Of a DNA stretch of 64,000 nt, positions 1 through 11,420 are shown one piece after another. The position numbers and the translations under genes are program-made. Within the stretch, counting starts at the first letter, position 1, and each line of letters begins with the position of its first letter. The stretch covers positions 4,914-68,913 of the forward strand of contig NW_002060985.1 of NCBI RefSeq assembly GCF_000150275.1, written 5' to 3'. The DNA is from Trichoplax adhaerens (Eukaryota; Animalia; Placozoa). Below the pieces are notes generated by a model, which saw only the letters and a list, made by a program, of their open reading frames with translations, ran no database searches and had not been told where the DNA came from.

Positions 1-4
1 CATA

Positions 5-1836
5 CTTATACACTAAATCGCCATTCAATCGTCATTCAATACAAATTATCGTTACTACTCTACTCTTCTCTACTTGTGTCTTACTATACGTCAATACTAT
101 ATAAACTCTATTATTCTATCATCGCATAATTCCATATCAATCATACACATCATACGAATATTGCAGAGCGTAAGTATCGTTGTATTGGTATATTAAATAT
201 ACAATGACATTATTAAATAGACTATTGTACGTACTGTATATTTGTTATTGTGTATGATTAGAATAATACTTGTACGATAATTATAATAAGTTGTAGTATA
301 GCATGTTTAATGTAGGAGGATTAATATTATTTGTGTGTATTAATTATGATTATTTTATGTTATTGTATTAATATACATATATGGTTTACTATTGGATTTA
401 CTATGGGATCGACAATGCGATTTACTATGGAATGGATATGTACATATATGCAATGATCGAATGGAATGATTATCGTATGGTTATTATACGGATATACGTA
501 TACTAAAACTACCAATACACTGCAATGCTTATACACTAAATCGCTTATACACTAAATCGCCATTCAATCGTCATTCAATACAAATTACCTTTACTACTCT
601 ACTCTTCTCTACTTGTGTCTTACTATACGTCAATACTATATAAACTCTATTATTCTATCATCGCATAATTCCATATCTATCATACACATCATACGAATAT
701 TGCAGGGTGTAAGTATTGTTGTATTGGTATATTAAATATACAATGACATTATTAAATAGACTATTGTACTTACTGTATATTTGTTATTGTGTATGATTAG
801 AATAATACTTGTACGATAATTATAATAAGTTGTAGTATAGCATGTTTAATGTAGGAGGATTAATATTATTTTTGTGTATTAATTATGATTATTTTATGTT
901 ATTGTATTAATATACATATATGGTTTACTATTGGATTTACTATGGGATCGACAATGCGATTTACTATGGAATGGATATGTACATATATGCAATGATCGAA
1001 TGGAATGATTATCGTATGGTTATTATACGGATATACGTATACTAAAACTACCAATACACTGCAATGCTTATACACTGCAATGCTTATACACTAAATCGCC
1101 ATTCAATCGTCATTCAATACAAATTACCTTTACTACTCTACTCTTCTCTACTTGTGTCTTACTATACGTCAATACTATATAAACTCTATTATTCTATCAT
1201 CGCATAATTCCATATCAATCATACACATCATACGAATATTACAGAGCGTAAGTATCGTTGTATTGGTATATTAAATATACAATGACATTATTAAATAGAC
1301 TATTGTACGTACTGTATATTTGTTATTGTGTATGATTAGAATAATACTTGTACGATAATTATAATAAGTTGTAGTATAGCATGTTTAATGTAGGAGGATT
1401 AATATTATTTTAGTGTATTAATTATGATTATTTTATGTTATTGTATTAATATACATATATGGTTTACTATTGGATTTACTATGGGATCGACAATGCGATT
1501 TACTATGGAATGGATATGTACATATATGCAATGATCGAATGGAATGATTATCGTATGGTTATTATACGGATATACGTATACTAAAACTACCAATACACTG
1601 CAATGCTTATACACTAAATCGCCATTCAATCGTCATTCAATACAAATTACCTTTACTACTCTACTCTTCTCTACTTGTGTCTTACTATACGTCAATACTA
1701 TATAAACTCTATTATTCTATCATCGCATAATTCTATATCAATCATACACATCATACGAATATTGTAGGGCGTAAGTATCGTTGTATTGGTATATTAAATA
1801 TACAATGACATTATTAAATAGATTATTGTACGTACT
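5..1836. repeat. Tandem array of a 523-bp core unit (periods 539, 539, 523, plus a partial 4th unit); probably continues off the left edge
   Basis: CTTATACACTAAATCGCCATTCAATCG recurs at 5, 544, 1083 and 1606. Units are near-identical. Similarity ends at about 1836. Confidence 0.97.
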
Positions 1837-2338
1837 TTAGTTTTTCTTTACTGTATATCATCACATTTAAATTAGTTAAATATTAATTCTTTTGGCATGG
1901 AATATAAAAGATTTGGCGATGGAAATAGTAAAGAGATATATAATATTGTGTGAAAACTAGTTTAGATTTTATCATGTAGCAAAAAACATATACAGTATTC
2001 AATCATAATATATTCTATCTTCTGTATTTATAGCATTATTTTAGGATAATTTTGTTTGACTTATAGAGAAATTAGTTTAATTAATGTAGTCATGTCAGGT
2101 TAACTTTAAATATACTATAATAAAGTGTAATAAGTTTATGAATAAATGATACAGCGAAAATATTTGACAAAACAGTATTTATCAGCTCCTGTATGATAAT
2201 TTATAATAATTTGTTAAAGATTGCACAATATGCAAGATATAGTTCAAATTAAAATCAGTACATACTGTATAATTTTTTAATTTGAAAACAAAATTTGTTA
2301 ATTTCATCCTCCATATTAACTCTCGTTTCGTAACATAG

Positions 2339-5300
2339 TGAGACTGGATTATTTTCGCGATTTCATTTGCGCATTACAAGAAGGAAAATGTAAGAACATT
2401 CTTATAAGAATTATGATTATCGGACCAGAAAATGTAGGTAAAGCAACTTTACTCAAAGTGCTAATTAAGCAGTCACTATTGGCTAATGAAGCACCAACAC
2501 AAGTAGCTAGTGGTAATCATCCGCTAATAGAATTGATTACATTCGATACTGGTGATATGGTGAAGACTGGATTGGGCACTCTCGCTGATAGTAAAGTTGG
2601 GTTAGCAGTTCTTCAATCACCATCTTTACAAGTTACAAGACAGACCTTATCCGATATGAAAGCGCAAAGAACGAATGTATTCGATAAATCACTTCGCAGC
2701 AAGTATAGCAAACTTAGACCGAAACTTTCTAAGATACAAGAGGCAAATACAGATAGTAATGAAAGTAAGAAATCACAGCAGTCAAAAATAGACAATCTAC
2801 ATACTGTATTGTGCGACTTCGGAGATCAGGCAGAATATCACGTTACACATCAACCATTTATGTCGTGTGATAGTATTTATGTTCTTGTATTTAATATCGC
2901 TGAAGAGATTAATGACGCTATACAACAAAGGAACAGCTTAAAATCAGATATGACCTACTTTGCAAGAATGCATGAATGGTTATCATCTGTACGTGGATGC
3001 AAGGGGTTACGCGATGGTTTAGGGAGTAATGCTAGAAATGAGATTACGATCGATGGTAAATATTTTGAATTGCCTATTGTCATTGTCATCGGTAGTCATG
3101 CAGATAAGATTGTAGCTAATAATGAAGAAGAAAAAAATAGAAAAATACAAGCAGCTTATAACAAGATATCACGTGAATTTGGCAGTAAGGCCTTTTCCAA
3201 ACATCTATACTTATCACACTTAGCTATGAATGGTGATGGCAACGATAAAAGCGAAGCAACTCAACATCTAAGAGACGAGACACGTAAACAGTTATGTCAA
3301 ATCTTTACTAAAATTGCAGAAAAATTACCATTTATAACGGATCCTATTCCAGTCCGATGGTATGAAATCATTCAAATACTTCGTGGAGAAAGAGAAGATA
3401 AAATAATAAAGAAGTTACTTACTAAAACACAAGTTAAAGACTTGATAGACAAACATCATCTATCTAAGCAAGGCGAGAAGTTAGATAGTTTATTATCTTA
3501 CTTGCATAATATCGGACAAATTGTTTATTGCGATAAAGACGAAATTCTGAGTAATTGGGTCGTATCGGATATTGATTGGCTAATTGAGGTGTTTTGTTCA
3601 TTAATTCGAATTTCATTTTTCAAGTCTTCTCATGCTGATGACTGGAGTGAATACGAGAAGATTCAGAATACAGGTAAAATAAGCGAAGAATACATTCGAC
3701 AGGTTTGGAGCAAATTTAATTTAGATGATGAAGAAAGAAAATACGTATTGTCTCTTATGACTCACTACGATATTCTTTATGAAGCAAGTGAATTACAAGG
3801 AAAAGATCGTATCTATCTTATTCCTTGTCTTCTAAAGACACAACCTAAGAGTGATGCATTATATCCATCGAATAGCACCACATCGAAATACATCTATTTA
3901 GGGTTTGATGAGAAGGAGTTACCTTATATTTCTTATAATATCTTTTACTGCTTGATTTCTCAATGTTTGCAAAAGCGTGGATGGAATAATGGCAGAGTTA
4001 AACTATATCAAAACTGCGCTTCATTTCGAATTAGTCCTGGTATTAATTTGATTATCGATAAGTTGTCAACGGTCATCGGCTTACAATTAGTTTTTCGACA
4101 CCCAAATTTACAATCTAAAGAAGTAAGAAGAAGGCTAACTAAAACAGCCGTTGAGCTCCATGTTAAGGATGCAATTGAATCAGCTTTAAGAATCGTTCTT
4201 ACTAAATGGATGCCAAATATGAGTCATATACGAATAAAAGTGAGTGTTAAGTGTCCGCGCTGTGGAGAGTTAGTAAATATCGAAGATGGATTAAGTGATG
4301 ATAAATCATTTCTGGATTGCCTTAATTGTGAACGTACCTGGAATTTCTCATACTACTTAAAGCCTTGGTTAGATAATATTCCAGGTGATACCACAAATAC
4401 GGTGCGGTCTTTGGAATCTTTTGTAGCTGATTATTCCTTTATGAAATGTATCAGTATATAAGCTTAATTGGAACTCACATGAATAACCAATTTTATTGAT
4501 CTATTAAACAGTAACAAATTGCTTTAATAATATTTCAACATTAATTTCTACTTCAATCGATAAGTTATCAATAATAGCGCTCATACATTTGAAACGATGT
4601 TGTCATAAATTTACTCACTGAAATAACTGTAATAACAATAGACAAAATATTCAGTAAAATTTTTTAAAAAGTATGTACTTTATTGTACGGCGGATCGAAC
4701 TCATTGATTTATTAAATGAAATCTATAACCTTATGAATTGGTTTAATAATAATTCTTTATCTCTTGTATTTAGCAGTCGATGCTTCTAGCGATAACGGAG
4801 AGGACATTCCTATGTCGTTAACTGAGGAAGAGGGTGGTTAGTTTGGCAAAGTGTCCAATATATCTATTGGCTATGTTTGAGTTATTCTTTGAAAATTATA
4901 ATCGTAGCTGCTATAACGCATATATGAATTTCTTATAATATTACAATGAGCGACAAAAAATTAATTTAAATATTTTTTGATTATTTGCTTCAGCATCAAC
5001 AATACCAAAATTTAAGACCAGCGCAGTTGGAATGTTGGAAATACATAAACAAATCTTACGCAGCCACTACGTCAGAATTATTGAAGAATGTCAATCAAGC
5101 ATCAAGCCTATTTGTAATCACTTATACAGTCGAGAAATTCTAACACCTTATCTAAAGGAAATCATTCTATGCCAGCCAAACGATTATGAGTAAGTCTGCA
5201 ATACGATACGATGATATAGCTTAGTTGTAAAAATGTATGATGTGGATAATATAAACTGTGACAACTATTATCACAGAAAAATGGGAAAATTGTTGGATAT

Positions 5301-5448
5301 TTTACCGGAATGTGGTAATCGAGCATTTGGTGCATTTTGTGAGGTTCTATCTACCATTAATTCGCAAGTGATAGAAATCTTAGAAAATGCGGAAAGGGAA
5401 AATGAAAAGGAACTAAAAGGAACCAAAAGGAAACTAAGTAACACGTAG
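2339..5448 (+). CDS. ROCO-family protein: Roc GTPase-COR, Cys-pair (CPRC...CLNC) region and C-terminal CARD. Exons 2339-4384, 4774-4836, 4994-5189, 5277-5448; the 5' exon is uncertain (candidate ATG-TCA-G at 2092-2098)
   Basis: Roc motifs RIMIIGPENVGKATLL, CDFGDQAEYHVTHQPF..IYVLVFNI and IVIGSHAD. COR motifs IPVRW, LSYLHNIGQIVY and WVVSDIDWL. Phase-compatible splice sites (CAG|GTGATA 4385, TAG|4774, G|GTTAGT 4837, CAG|4994, GA|GTAAGT 5190, CAG|5277) join to MLEIHKQILRSHYVRIIEE...NHLYSREILT...KMGKLLDILPECGNRAFGAFCEVL, a CARD pattern. The ORF-track GTG start at 2338 overlaps a TAG acceptor, and there is an in-frame TAA at 2317. Confidence 0.88.
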
Positions 5449-8400
5449 ATATATTTACTGTGTACGTGTTCCACCCACTGCATTTATACATAATTTTAAG
5501 TGCTCTATCGGTGCTGAATTACATGATTCACTTAACATGGTGTGGCATATCATTTTCTACTTCAATACGTTCGGTAGTATTATAGATTTTTCACATAGAA
5601 TTCAATATTATTTTTTCAATACGATTTAAAGCAAAAATTTGCATCGTCTACTTCTCTGTTTAGCATCTAATGTTGTTCGTTTAACTTTATTACTTGCTTG
5701 CAAAGGATGAAAGCATTTAAATGGTAACCATAGCTTACAATTCACTCAGCCATCTTTCTTTGTGAATTTTACTCCTATTAGAATTACTTGGCATAATGAT
5801 TACAACTTCGCACAGAATCATCACTATCATTAAGCTAATGCTTTATATCGGTAATTGTTATGCAATAACGGGAGAACGTTTATTTAGTAGTTTACTTACC
5901 AAGTGTATTTCTTTAAAAAATTTTAGATTGAATACATCCTATTTACATTAGATTATTACATCTTGAGAATACTATTTTAATATGCTAATGAAACAAAAAT
6001 TGACCAAAACGATTTACCTATGAAGTAAATTAATTGGTGTTAGCATTTGACGTTGCGTTTTTATTTTTATTGTGAAATGGATATGCTTTAAATAATTTTA
6101 TATGGCTCACAAGTGGTAAAATAGGGTAAGAGAGTTTGTTTCCTTAATTGAGCGGCGTTAAATTTTCAATGAATGGGCTTTATTCTATTGCTACTGTTAT
6201 AGACGTAAGGCTAGGAGCGAATATCAGGTTCGCATTTTTAGTGTTTAAGATCATATCCGCATACTTAATTACTTAAAAACTTTTGCATTCTGCCCATCAT
6301 GTGCTAAGGTGATATCATTTTAAAGGATATGATTAATATTCAAGATTTTACGATAACACGTAGTTCCATGACATCAATTTACTCCCTAGAAATATATAGC
6401 TATAACGTTTTAAAAAGTTTCATTGAAACTGAAGAATTATAGTAGAGTGTTCATTTTTAAATTAGAATTTAAGAGTGTCATTATCAACAAGATGATTTTC
6501 TAAATAAAGTCTAAGATTCAACCTTACAATAGTTTTATAATTCTAATGTGATAAAGTGGCCGAGAATAATGGGACAGGAAGTTTGATTTCTTGTTCATAT
6601 CACTTTATTAATCAGTCCTTCTAGGTCCATAGCTAGCTGCCGAAACTTAATGTCATTGCATTATTAACTCTTGCAAAGTACCGATAGAAAATAGTGAAAC
6701 AGTACCATGGCAATGACGAGACTTTTGATTACTATACTAATTGGCTGTATGAGTTGGTAGCCGATCGAGAGAATGAGAATTTAACTGTTTCTATGACAAT
6801 TCAAGAGTAATAACAAAGTAATGAGTTCAAAAGTATTCTACAAGAGGAGAATAGAACATTTTGTAGCCTTTTACAGTTTAGAATGAGAGATACGATCATT
6901 TTTATTTATTTTATTTTGCTCATTCATGATAGACGATTACATGCATGCAACCAGATAATGAAAATCCAATCCCAAGGTTTGTTATTGTACTGTATGAGGT
7001 TCTAATTGCTAAAGTAACAGTGATAATAAAAAGTGTTTATTAACGAAATATTGAACTTATACACCATTGCCAATTGTACTATGAGTGGAAGCAAAGCTTT
7101 GAAAGAACAATTCGTGGGTGATGCTATTTACATCGACTACATCAACAACATTGAAGATGGCGATCAATACGATTGCAGCTTTATAACTAGAAGCGGCTAT
7201 ATTGACCTCAACGAAGTTGAGTTAATGACTGTGAACATCATTATCTACCAATGAATGATTTTACGATACCTGTGATGTATCGAAAAAGTTATCATGACGG
7301 TTAATCATTTACAGTATATCAGTTACTCTTTCTTTACGTTTACAACGCTCTTTTTCATGAATCGTTTCTGCTTTGACAGTTTAACTAAGTGAGGGCAAAT
7401 AGCGGGTAAAACTTGGCCGATCACAGCACAGCTTTGCAAGGACAGTCTATTAATATACTGTAGTTCATGATTTTACCCTAAAAAATAAATTGTTACTGAA
7501 GGATATACGCGTATGCAAGATTGAAATGTTACCATGATACACTATTCCCTTCGCCCCTCAAGCATTAAGAAAATAAGATTGATCAATACACAGCACACTT
7601 TTTAATGCACTAATTTGTGTCTAAAACAATCCGAATACAGTAATCTGTTCAGTACCCAATGAATTTACCATGGTGTAAACAGTATGTGAAATAAATCTGT
7701 CTTATCCTACAGCATTAAAGAACATTGATCTGTGTATAGGACAACATGAGCGAAATACTAATATCCAATCAATTTATGATGGTGCAAATGGATGACGGAA
7801 AATAGATCAATTGTATCCTACAGGTGGGCTACAACATTAAAATTAGTTAATACTCAAAGTCTACAAGGAAACAAGAGATACATTAGGTATAAACTGGATT
7901 GATGATACTACAAACACATCTTTCTTAAGTACGGTAGTTTGTACGCTGCCGGATTCCATATAATAATTTAAAGTTTTGATGAATTTTCAGGATACAATTG
8001 AAGCCGAAACGTTGTGCTGTACGGCCACATAATGCATATCCAAAACGAACAATATCGATTTGAATTTTACTGTCGGTTAGTAGCGGACTCTGCAGAATTA
8101 ATAATGAAATTTTAGGATGATTTTTACTGTATAAACAATTTTCTGCATTCTATTTTATCCAAAACCATATAGATTAAATATACTACTATAATACTAACGT
8201 AAATCTAATGCAATCCTCTTCTTAATACAAATTCTTTATCGTAGCTAAAAACTAGCGGTGCTCACGCATATTAAGGTTATCAGGCTATAGCTCCATCAAA
8301 TAGTTTAATTATTACTTAGATTTAATTAATTTTCATCCTATTGCCTTAATGCTATTATTACGGCATAGCGTAATAGCCGCATACATTTAATCTCATAGAA

Positions 8401-8806
8401 CGATTATTATGATTATCCCGCTAATTACAGGCATAGTTGAAATCATCTTTGCACTAGAACTTGTAAATTATAATTATACCGATAATTACTGTAACAATTT
8501 TTATAGAATGTCATCGACTCGTCGTAGTTGTTTAGTAATACTATAGTATCCAATAATATATAGGTAATGCATACTTCTGTGAAGGTGAAGAAAAAACTTA
8601 ATTAACTCATTTGCATTCAAGTAGAAAAGAGAGAGCATGTACAAATACTGCTGATGATTGAAAACTACCATTTATCACCGCCGTACCCACGCATATCCCA
8701 AAGGTCGTTTCTGAATGCGTACAGTAAATTCTTCCATTTCAATTATTGAAATACTCTGAATGGTAAGAACTAATTCCGTTAGCTAACTTGTTCAAACAGC
8801 AAAATT

Positions 8807-10194
8807 ATGGCTTCTAATACAAGTGGCAAAATTCAAACAACCTGCGAAACGAATAGCCTATGGGAGAATAATGCTTTATATGATTCGGATCATAGCGAAA
8901 TGAGCGATATCGATCTCAACTCACAGTATGTTGATATCTAGCATGAAAAAGAAGTCTATAACTACGGTTTACTCGACGATATGGCAGTAACAGATGTCGA
9001 AGGCAACGATGAAAACAATTTTTATACTCCACGTGTGGAGCATACGTCGCCACTGCAATTTCTAGACTATACTAATATTTGGCAGCCGGCTAAAAATGCT
9101 CGACCAATGCCGCATAGTTTCAGAGGTGATCACGGCTTAACCGTAGATACTGCTGGCTTCCATCCTCGAGATTACTTTAGACTATTTGTTACCGAAGATT
9201 TACTAACCTATTTTGTAGCAGAAACAAACTTATTTGCTCTACAGTATCTGCGCGATTATCCAAAAACATACAAGTTTGCTAAACTTCCGAGCTGGATACC
9301 CACTACCGTAGCTGAAATGAAAAGTTTCTTGGCTTGTTATTGCTGATGGGTATCATTCGAAAGCTATATATTAGCCATTGCTGGTTTACTGAATGATTTA
9401 TATGATACACCAATCTTTCGATCGGTTATGACTTGTCATCGTTTTCAATTGCTTTTAAAATTTTTCCACCTGCACGATAACGATAACATGTCAGACAAGA
9501 CTGACCCTAATCATGATCGCCTGTATAAAGTAAGACTACTAATAGATCATCTATTGGAATATTTTCAAGCAGTTTATGTCGTGAAACAGAATTTGGCAAT
9601 CGATGAATCTTTTCTTGTCTGGAAAAAAGGCTCTAACTTCAAGATTTTCGCTTTAAACGTACCCGCTTCGGAATCAAACTAATTCGCCTTTGCGAATGCA
9701 GTACTGGATACACTTTTCGATTTAAGTTATACGTCAATGATAAAGATCCAACTGAGTGCTTAAAGCAGATACTACCTATTCATTCTTAGAACTTTAATAA
9801 AGCTGAAAAGCTGGCAACATTTCTGTTGCTACCTCTATTAGACCAGGGCTACAATATTTACATAGACAATAATCGATTATCGCTCGATTTATGCTCATTT
9901 CTGCACCGACGTAAAACCAATGCTTGTGGCATGCTAAATTCCAGCAAAATACCTGAAATAATTCGCGGTGTAAGCACTGCATTTAAATCAACTTCTGCCT
10001 ATCGATCAGGCTCTATTCTTTGCTTAAAACAAATGAATAAAATACCTCTTTATATGCTAACCAGCATTCGTGATTAGTAGATAGCTGAAGAACTTAAAGA
10101 AAGTGACGAAGCGTATGGTCAATATCGTCAAGGAAGGCCTTCGGCGATGCTTTGCTAAATGAAAAATATGAGGAATATAGACAAGCAAGATCAG
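8807..10194 (+). pseudogene. Degenerate piggyBac-family (PGBD4-like, DDE_Tnp_1_7) transposase
   Basis: Fragments DYFRLFVTEDLL..FVAETN, WIPTTVAEMKSFL, HRFQLLLKFFHL, DRLYKVRLLIDHL..NLAIDES, RFGIKL..LCECSTGY, GYNIYIDN and IDKQDQ, broken by stops (e.g. TAG at 8939) and frameshifts. Confidence 0.9.
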
Positions 10195-10789
10195 GTAAGT
10201 GAGCATTCTTACGCATCATAGAATGCTAGTAATTATCATCTAGGTCTTAATGTAAAACATTTAATACATCTTACCCACTGTCTATAGTAAAATCTTAATC
10301 AATTATCCTATTTATGCGTGTTCCAGTCTAGTTTTGAATATATTAGATTTAAGATCCAGAAGTATGAATTGTAATATACTTAATTCAAGTCTGAATACAA
10401 CGACAACAGTTAATTTTAATATAAAATTTGTTTAAAACTCTACTGAGACCCTAGATAAACTCGCAAATGAGCATGTTACAAGAGTACAAGCAGAGCTTTA
10501 GAAAATTTATAGTAAATCTTTAACTGAAACATACTTGAAATAGCCTTTGATACCGCTTATCCATTGCAATATTTTCTCTTATACTTTAGAAATACCCGGC
10601 ATTTTTATCATCTACTTTAAATTTCAAATAATTCTGGGAAAGTTAAGGGTACCTCAAGAGTTATATAAGGAATTGTGATGGACGGTTCGAAGAGTCAGAT
10701 AATGTGGTTTTAGTTGCCATGCAGAGAATTGCACAAGGAGCTTAACAGGGAAATTGTCCAGTGGATCTTCACTTATCATCAACAGTAGT

Positions 10790-11420
10790 ATTAATAGCAA
10801 TGCAATCAATTTCGGACGACTCGACGTAGTTATTGGAAGGAGCGAAATAGTACCATTAAGTAGCAATTTACTATAAACGATGCTCATGTCATTGGCCAAC
10901 ATGCTGGATATGCAGGAGCTGTTAGCAAATTTGATGGTAGTATTTTTGGAAAAGATAAAGTTAAATACGCTTTGGCTTATATGAAATGTACTGGTTTTGA
11001 AAGATCTCTTTCCCAATGTTCGGGATACAATTCTAATGTTACGAGCTGTAATAACAGCTATGCAGGAGTAATTTGCTAGAGTAAGCAATATTCTATATCT
11101 TTTACGGGATATTTTAATGACGGTAGATCATGTTATAAGAAGTTGAAAATGCCATAGTTTTTAATCATACATTATCTATATCCATCAGTGTATATCATAC
11201 CGAAACACAAAAGATACCGTTTATTGTAAAAGTGTCTCTGTTACTAATAATTACCATCCCAATTAATTGGTATCTTATAATTTTAATTTTATCATTTTAT
11301 AAACAGCCAATAAGCCTTGCACATCAAATCCTTGCCAAAATGGTGGCTCCTATATAAATATATTTTTTGGATTTCAATGTAAATGCGGTATTAATTACTT
11401 TGGAAGAAAATGTGTTAGTG
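10790..11420 (+). pseudogene. SRCR domain exon followed by an EGF-like exon (11307-11420), disrupted
   Basis: FGRLDVVI, then after a frameshift near 10868 FTINDAHVIGQHAGYAGA...FG...MKCTGFERSLSQC...SCNNSYAGVIC*, with TAG at 11077 just before a phase-1 GTAAGC donor at 11081. The phase 1-1 exon PCTSNPCQNGGSYINIFFGFQCKCGINYFGRKC is EGF-like with its 3rd Cys replaced by Tyr. Confidence 0.8.

Noticed and set aside
5-1836. Spliced-leader RNA array or retrozyme interpretation
   Set aside because: No hammerhead core on either strand and no convincing Sm site. The long AG-free zone ending in YAG points to an acceptor, which SL genes do not need.
4688-4706. tRNA B-box-like GTTCGATCC on -
   Set aside because: No cloverleaf or A-box context; it lies within a ROCO intron.
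6700-7254. Coding-like acidic fragments (e.g. 7033-7254)
   Set aside because: No recognisable domain and interrupted by stops; could be an unidentified relic.
8602-10471. piggyBac TIRs (TTAA-CTCATTTGC at 8602 and GCAAATGAG at 10463)
   Set aside because: Only a 9-bp match, with no TTAA on the right side.
10654-11088. 144-aa minus-strand ORF
   Set aside because: Antisense shadow of the SRCR pseudogene on +.
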